Below are positions 47,812 through 52,489 of a DNA stretch of 52,489 nt, in pieces; positions within the stretch are counted from its first letter, which is position 1, and every line of letters starts with the position of its first letter. A model generated the notes under the pieces. It was given only the letters and a program-made list of their open reading frames with translations, did no database searches and was not told the origin of the DNA. Source of the stretch: a virus (Duplodnaviria; Caudoviricetes); IMG/VR virus record IMGVR_UViG_3300032242_002525, positions 1 to 52,489 of that record; one strand, written 5' to 3'. The translations under genes and the position numbers were made by a program.

Positions 47812-49721
47812 TGGCAGAGAATATCCAAGATACGGTCAATAAGTTAAAGCTTAGGTTAAAATCTTTAAAAGATAGCGAAAAGCTAATTGGTGATTCTTTA
47901 AAAAATAAAATCACTAGTGGCGTTCATATACCATCTAAAGATAATTTAGGTAAAAAATTATCAGCATATGGGAGTAAGTTATCTAAGAAAAATGAAAATA
48001 AGCAAGATGTTTTTAAACATTTAATTGAAGTTGTTGAAATTTTTTTAAAACAACACAAACCAACTACAACAAATCCCAATTCACCAAACAATCATAAAAG
48101 TAGATTGGTGGAATTATCAAAACAAGCTATTAAAAAAACAGTAAAGGATTCTAGACAAATTGTTATGGATTCCGCTGCTGAAATTTTATTTGTTGGTGAT
48201 GGTATTTGTGGAACAGATCAAACATTTAGTTTAGATTCACTTGAGATTAGCCCTAAAGATTTTGATTTTTTAAATATTTTAATGACCGAACCTTCAAGTG
48301 GTACAGGTCAAATTTATTATGAATCAAGTAAGAATACTGGTTATGTTAAAATGAATACTAACCTATTCAATTGCTTTAGTCAAAATGGTATTAAATCTTT
48401 TTACACTAGAAACGATACAAAATTATTTGATTATTCATTTGATTCAAATTCACAAAAATTTCATGTCACAAATTTAGCAGGAATTAGTGGGACAACATTA
48501 TTACGTGATTTTATGACCGGTTATTATTCGTCAATTGAACACGTTGATTTTGAATTAGTTTTAAAAACTGCGATGATGATGACATTAAATGGTGATGGTT
48601 CTGAACCAGTTGGTTTGAATATTGCTATGAATGATTTAAATAGAATATTATCTAAATTATGTGCATTTTGTGGTAATTCCCAAACGGCTGTTAAGAACAT
48701 GAATCAAACAACTAGCACTCAGTTCAATGAAAATGATGAGGATATTGAAGCTTATTTTGATTTTAATGATATTGAAGGGATTGATTTAGATTCTGAATCA
48801 GATAGATTAAATAAGGTATTAAGATTTGCTGATTGTAATAATTTTACAGTACCGGTAAACACAACACACATGGAAGATTTTATATATCTTCCTAAAAACA
48901 TTGATAAAGGAATAAACGATACATTATATAATGCAGCTGTTGATGCTCATAATCAATCAGATAGCTCAATACCATTACAAAATTTTCATATAAATTTATT
49001 AAATTCATTTGTATTAAACTTACCGAAAGCTTTAATTGCAGCAGTATTATCACCAAAATATTTCTTCCCAATTTTAATTGTTTACAAAGCAATTACAAAT
49101 GGGACTAACGTAGTTGTTAATGGCGCTAAAGATTTAATGAGAAAACTTTATAAATTATTTAATGCAATTATTAAAAAATTACTTTGGAAATTTAGAGATT
49201 ATTTTTGGCAATTAGTTAAACCAGATTTAATAGCGTTTTTAATTGGGATTGGTAAAAAAATATTAACAAATAAAATTAAAAGATATTTGGCGATTATTAA
49301 AGGTTTAATTGCGTTGTTAAGTAAAATCATATCAATTGGTATAGCAAGTTGTAAAGGTTTATTTGGAACAATTAATTCATCCATTGATGGTTTATTAAAT
49401 CTTGGTCAAATAGCCGGTACACAAGTTCCGCCAGGGTTTTTATTAAGTATGTCATATCTTTTAGGTGGTGAAAGTGCGGACATTTTAAAAATTCAAATAT
49501 TACAAGACTTACAACAAAGAGGTGTAAATACAGGTGCGATATATGGTAAACAGGTAACTAATTTACAACATTTAGTTAGTTCAACAGCAGAACAATCAAT
49601 AAGTCATAGAGATCAATTTGGGTTTGTATCTGTTGGTAATGAAGGATTCCAAATACCAACACCTTTTGGTAAATTAACTATGCCCGGAGGCATATTAGTA
49701 TCTCATGGTAAAAACTTCTAA
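47811..49721 (+). CDS. Hypothetical structural protein
   Basis: 636-aa ORF coupled by TAATG in a late operon upstream of the spike; basic amphipathic C-terminal helices. Confidence 0.65.
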   Translation: MAENIQDTVNKLKLRLKSLKDSEKLIGDSLKNKITSGVHIPSKDNLGKKLSAYGSKLSKKNENKQDVFKHLIEVVEIFLKQHKPTTTNPNSPNNHKSRLVELSKQAIKKTVKDSRQIVMDSAAEILFVGDGICGTDQTFSLDSLEISPKDFDFLNILMTEPSSGTGQIYYESSKNTGYVKMNTNLFNCFSQNGIKSFYTRNDTKLFDYSFDSNSQKFHVTNLAGISGTTLLRDFMTGYYSSIEHVDFELVLKTAMMMTLNGDGSEPVGLNIAMNDLNRILSKLCAFCGNSQTAVKNMNQTTSTQFNENDEDIEAYFDFNDIEGIDLDSESDRLNKVLRFADCNNFTVPVNTTHMEDFIYLPKNIDKGINDTLYNAAVDAHNQSDSSIPLQNFHINLLNSFVLNLPKALIAAVLSPKYFFPILIVYKAITNGTNVVVNGAKDLMRKLYKLFNAIIKKLLWKFRDYFWQLVKPDLIAFLIGIGKKILTNKIKRYLAIIKGLIALLSKIISIGIASCKGLFGTINSSIDGLLNLGQIAGTQVPPGFLLSMSYLLGGESADILKIQILQDLQQRGVNTGAIYGKQVTNLQHLVSSTAEQSISHRDQFGFVSVGNEGFQIPTPFGKLTMPGGILVSHGKNF

Positions 49722-49722
49722 T

Positions 49723-49923
49723 ATGGAAAAGAATAAAATATTAGACATAGCAAATGATGTTGAAAATAAATCAAATAAAGATTTATTAAACGTGTTGGGT
49801 GAACTTCATACTGAATACGAAAAAACAAAAGATTTGATAATTAGTTTAACAAGACATTTAGATAGTGTTGAAATCTTGTATAATAAAGTGAATGAAGAAA
49901 TAGGTAAAAGAAATATTAAGTAA
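49723..49923 (+). CDS. Small coiled-coil protein
   Basis: MEKNKIL... heptad pattern; stop overlaps the spike ATG (TAATG). Confidence 0.65.
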   Translation: MEKNKILDIANDVENKSNKDLLNVLGELHTEYEKTKDLIISLTRHLDSVEILYNKVNEEIGKRNIK

Positions 49924-51482
49924 TGAAAATAATTGATATTGGTATATGTGTTGATAATATGGACCCAAAACATATGGGTAGAATCCGTATAAACAGATAT
50001 AGTGATCAAACGGGTGTAACTGAAGGTGCTTTCCCAGACTACGAAAAATGGGGTGATAGAGATTTATTTGTTGCATCACCATTTTTACCATTGAATTCTA
50101 ACTTTATTCCTGAAATAGGACAAGCTGTTAAAATTATCAATTATAACACAGAAAAGGATGTTGTAAATATGGAATATATTTCTGGTCCTTTTACTAATAT
50201 GCATGACTTTAATGGTCAAAACCATACAGGTCAATTAAAAAATACATCTTATGGGTCAGTTGTAAAAGCAGGTCCAGATGTGATTGATTCAAATGGTAAC
50301 TACATTAATCCAAAATCAGAAGGTGCTTTTGCAAAACATAAAGATCATGGTATCTACGGAAAATATGGCTCTGACGTAATCTTCACCGAAAATGGTGTGA
50401 TGATGAGAGGCGGTAAATTTAGAAGTAAAAAAGCCCAAACAACAAATGAAAGGTTAGTTTCAATCAACCAACCTATCATGGCTAATAAATCTGCTAACTT
50501 ATATCTTAAAAAATTTCCAACAACCATTCAAAATGTTGAGGATGTTGTTAAAGATGTTATTTTACCTACAGGTGAATTAAAATATATCGTGGAATATGAA
50601 TTAGATCCATCATGTTTTGACAGCGATGGTAACTTTGTTACAAATGCTACTTCATATATTAATTTTTACATTTATCAAACATCACAAGATTATTCAGGTT
50701 CATATAGAATAGAGAATGGTAATTTAAGCAGTATTCCATTATATTCAGGTTACACAAAACTTATTACCAATATATCAGATGAATATATTGTTCAAAATCA
50801 ATCTGGTAGAACTGATTTAACAATTTCGATACCTGTTACTAGTATGAAACAAGCGCAATCTTGGGTACGTAATTTTATAAAATCATTACATACACATGGT
50901 TTAGATAATAATATAACTGATGATAAAAATAAATTTAGTTACACAGGTGATATCCATCCGTTTTTTTATAGACCAGTATTAGGTTTTGAATCAACTACAG
51001 GTACAACAAAATTAGCAACAATTAAAACATTTTTGAATGGAATTGATGTTTACGGTACCACATCTAAAGGCTTAATTTATAGTAAAAATCAAATTACACC
51101 ACAACCTTTTACCAAAAAGGTATTGAAAAACAATATAAAAGAATTTAATGGTGAACAAACGTTTTCAGCGTTAAAATCTGATAAAGTTTATTTATTATCA
51201 ACTGATACAAACTTAGCAGATAAAAGTGTTGATTTCTTTAAATTAGATCCATACGAATTATCCCAAATGGATTATATTGATAACATTGATAAAAATACAT
51301 ATTCAACCGTAAGAGGTGAAAATTTGGTTAGTATCTTATATGCTATGCGTGATTTACTTGAAAGTCATATTCACGATATCGGTGAAACCCTTGAACAAAG
51401 TGATCCAAATTTCCAAAAATTAGATAAATTATTTAAAACACTAGAAAACGACATCCTTAATAACTCGATTAGAATAAACTAA
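49923..51482 (+). CDS. Baseplate central spike (gp5/gpV/Vgr OB-fold) with HxH apex motif
   Basis: GICVDNMDPKHMGRIRI..PFLP..IPEIGQAVKI OB-fold; VRGENLV..L..LESHIH near the C-terminus. Confidence 0.78.
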   Translation: MKIIDIGICVDNMDPKHMGRIRINRYSDQTGVTEGAFPDYEKWGDRDLFVASPFLPLNSNFIPEIGQAVKIINYNTEKDVVNMEYISGPFTNMHDFNGQNHTGQLKNTSYGSVVKAGPDVIDSNGNYINPKSEGAFAKHKDHGIYGKYGSDVIFTENGVMMRGGKFRSKKAQTTNERLVSINQPIMANKSANLYLKKFPTTIQNVEDVVKDVILPTGELKYIVEYELDPSCFDSDGNFVTNATSYINFYIYQTSQDYSGSYRIENGNLSSIPLYSGYTKLITNISDEYIVQNQSGRTDLTISIPVTSMKQAQSWVRNFIKSLHTHGLDNNITDDKNKFSYTGDIHPFFYRPVLGFESTTGTTKLATIKTFLNGIDVYGTTSKGLIYSKNQITPQPFTKKVLKNNIKEFNGEQTFSALKSDKVYLLSTDTNLADKSVDFFKLDPYELSQMDYIDNIDKNTYSTVRGENLVSILYAMRDLLESHIHDIGETLEQSDPNFQKLDKLFKTLENDILNNSIRIN

Positions 51483-51505
51483 TTGATATTTATAAAATAA
51501 AAGAG

Positions 51506-52489
51506 ATGTCATATTTTCGTTCGTATTTCGCTAAAAACAACACTATTATCAAAGGTACATCAACAAACACGGCCAAAAACCCTGTTACACAGATATACTA
51601 TGGTTCTAGCTTTTCCAAATATCTTTTTCAAGTAGATTTTACTGAGTTACATTCTAAAGTCAATAATAACGAATTAATTATTGATGGTAACACCAAACAT
51701 TATTTAAACATGACCAACTGTGTATTTGGTGATCCTAGCTTTTTAGGTCAAGATACAACTAGTGGTATGCAACGTGCTACATCTTTTGATTTAATTATAT
51801 TTGAAATACCTGAATTCTGGGATGAAGGTGTTGGATTTGATTATACAAACGGCGGATTTGATTATACAACAGGTAATAATACATATGATGTTAGACCATC
51901 AAACTGGTTCTATAAAGATACTTTACATCAATGGACATCTAATGGTGTTTATGGAACAGACCCAAATATTGTTGCAACAGTTCATTTTGATAATGGTAAT
52001 GAAAATCTTAGAGCTGATATAACAGATTATGTAAATGGTATTTTATCTGGAAACACTAATAATGGTTTAGGTATAGCATTTGGCGTTGAATACCAAGATT
52101 TGGTTTCTGAAGTAGAAAAATCTATAGCATTTTTTAGCAAATATACACAAACATTTTACGAGCCTTTTGTTGAAAGCATATTCCAAGATAGAATTGTTGA
52201 TAATAGATATGATTTTACAGAAAAATTACAACAAAATTTGTTGTTATATGTAACACAAGGCGGTCAATTTGTTAATTTAGATACATTACCTTCTGTTGAC
52301 ATTTTAGATGCCTCTAGAAGCGTTATTTCAGGTTTAAATAACATTACTGCAACACAACTTAAAAAGGGCGTATATCAAGTTACATTTGGTATTTCGGGTG
52401 TAACATGTAATGGTAAATCATTTTTCTACGACACTTGGAAAAATTTATCAATTGACGGAATATCATTAGATGATGTAACACAAAAATTT
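51506..52489 (+). CDS. Partial virion structural protein (runs off window end; missing from ORF track)
   Basis: Translated by hand: MSYFRSYFAKNNTIIKG..NTAKNPV..SKYLFQVDF..WDEGVGFDY..; TATTTAT 12 nt upstream; appears open to the window end. Confidence 0.75.
   Translation, partial: MSYFRSYFAKNNTIIKGTSTNTAKNPVTQIYYGSSFSKYLFQVDFTELHSKVNNNELIIDGNTKHYLNMTNCVFGDPSFLGQDTTSGMQRATSFDLIIFEIPEFWDEGVGFDYTNGGFDYTTGNNTYDVRPSNWFYKDTLHQWTSNGVYGTDPNIVATVHFDNGNENLRADITDYVNGILSGNTNNGLGIAFGVEYQDLVSEVEKSIAFFSKYTQTFYEPFVESIFQDRIVDNRYDFTEKLQQNLLLYVTQGGQFVNLDTLPSVDILDASRSVISGLNNITATQLKKGVYQVTFGISGVTCNGKSFFYDTWKNLSIDGISLDDVTQKF

Noticed and set aside
1547-52022. About 30 short ORFs in the track nested within or antisense to long genes (e.g. 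1547-1732, 16525-16875, 32453-32911, 34783-35058, 51801-52022)
   Set aside because: They are shadow frames of well-supported genes, mostly with non-ATG starts and atypical composition; 51801-52022 lies inside the longer 51506-end ORF in another frame.
1-52489. Stop-codon reassignment as seen in some large phages
   Set aside because: The standard code gives full-length genes tiling the window, and TAG is used as a real stop (e.g. hub gene and dut).

Overview
This is a gene-dense, AT-rich segment of a large tailed-phage genome (contractile-tailed, T4-like/jumbo-type gene content), read with the standard genetic code. The host is probably a Bacteroidota member; this is inferred from SD-less A-rich leaders, one TAnnTTTG -7 box and a DUF4494-like gene. 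From left to right: (1) a replication/recombination block (nrdB, DnaB helicase, 5'-3' exonuclease, RecA/UvsX, gp32-like SSB) and a Dps/ferritin-like gene; (2) a tail/baseplate block (hub, gp53-like wedge, tube initiator, tape measure, chaperone, tube, sheath, neck proteins); (3) an SNF2 helicase, a heme oxygenase plus PcyA/PcyX-like bilin reductase pair, family B DNA polymerase and tail fibre genes; (4) probable internal head proteins including a WYL protein; (5) three glycosyltransferases, dUTPase, PhoH, a degenerate HAD protein, a late sigma factor and a baseplate spike. The most notable observations are a two-gene bilin pathway in a phage with no cyanophage markers in this window, a recurrent [S/T]-G-x-T motif concentrated in virion proteins alongside three glycosyltransferases (candidate virion-glycosylation sequon), a hidden start-less tail-chaperone ORF reachable by a +1 shift at UUU_CGC, a parS-like palindrome 6 bp from a XerD-arm match in an origin-like spacer, a TATTTAT motif in front of 15 mostly late genes, a shared terminal helix on putative head-packaged proteins, and a T4-gp43-like operator hairpin before polB. 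All assignments come from reading motifs by eye; no database searches were run.
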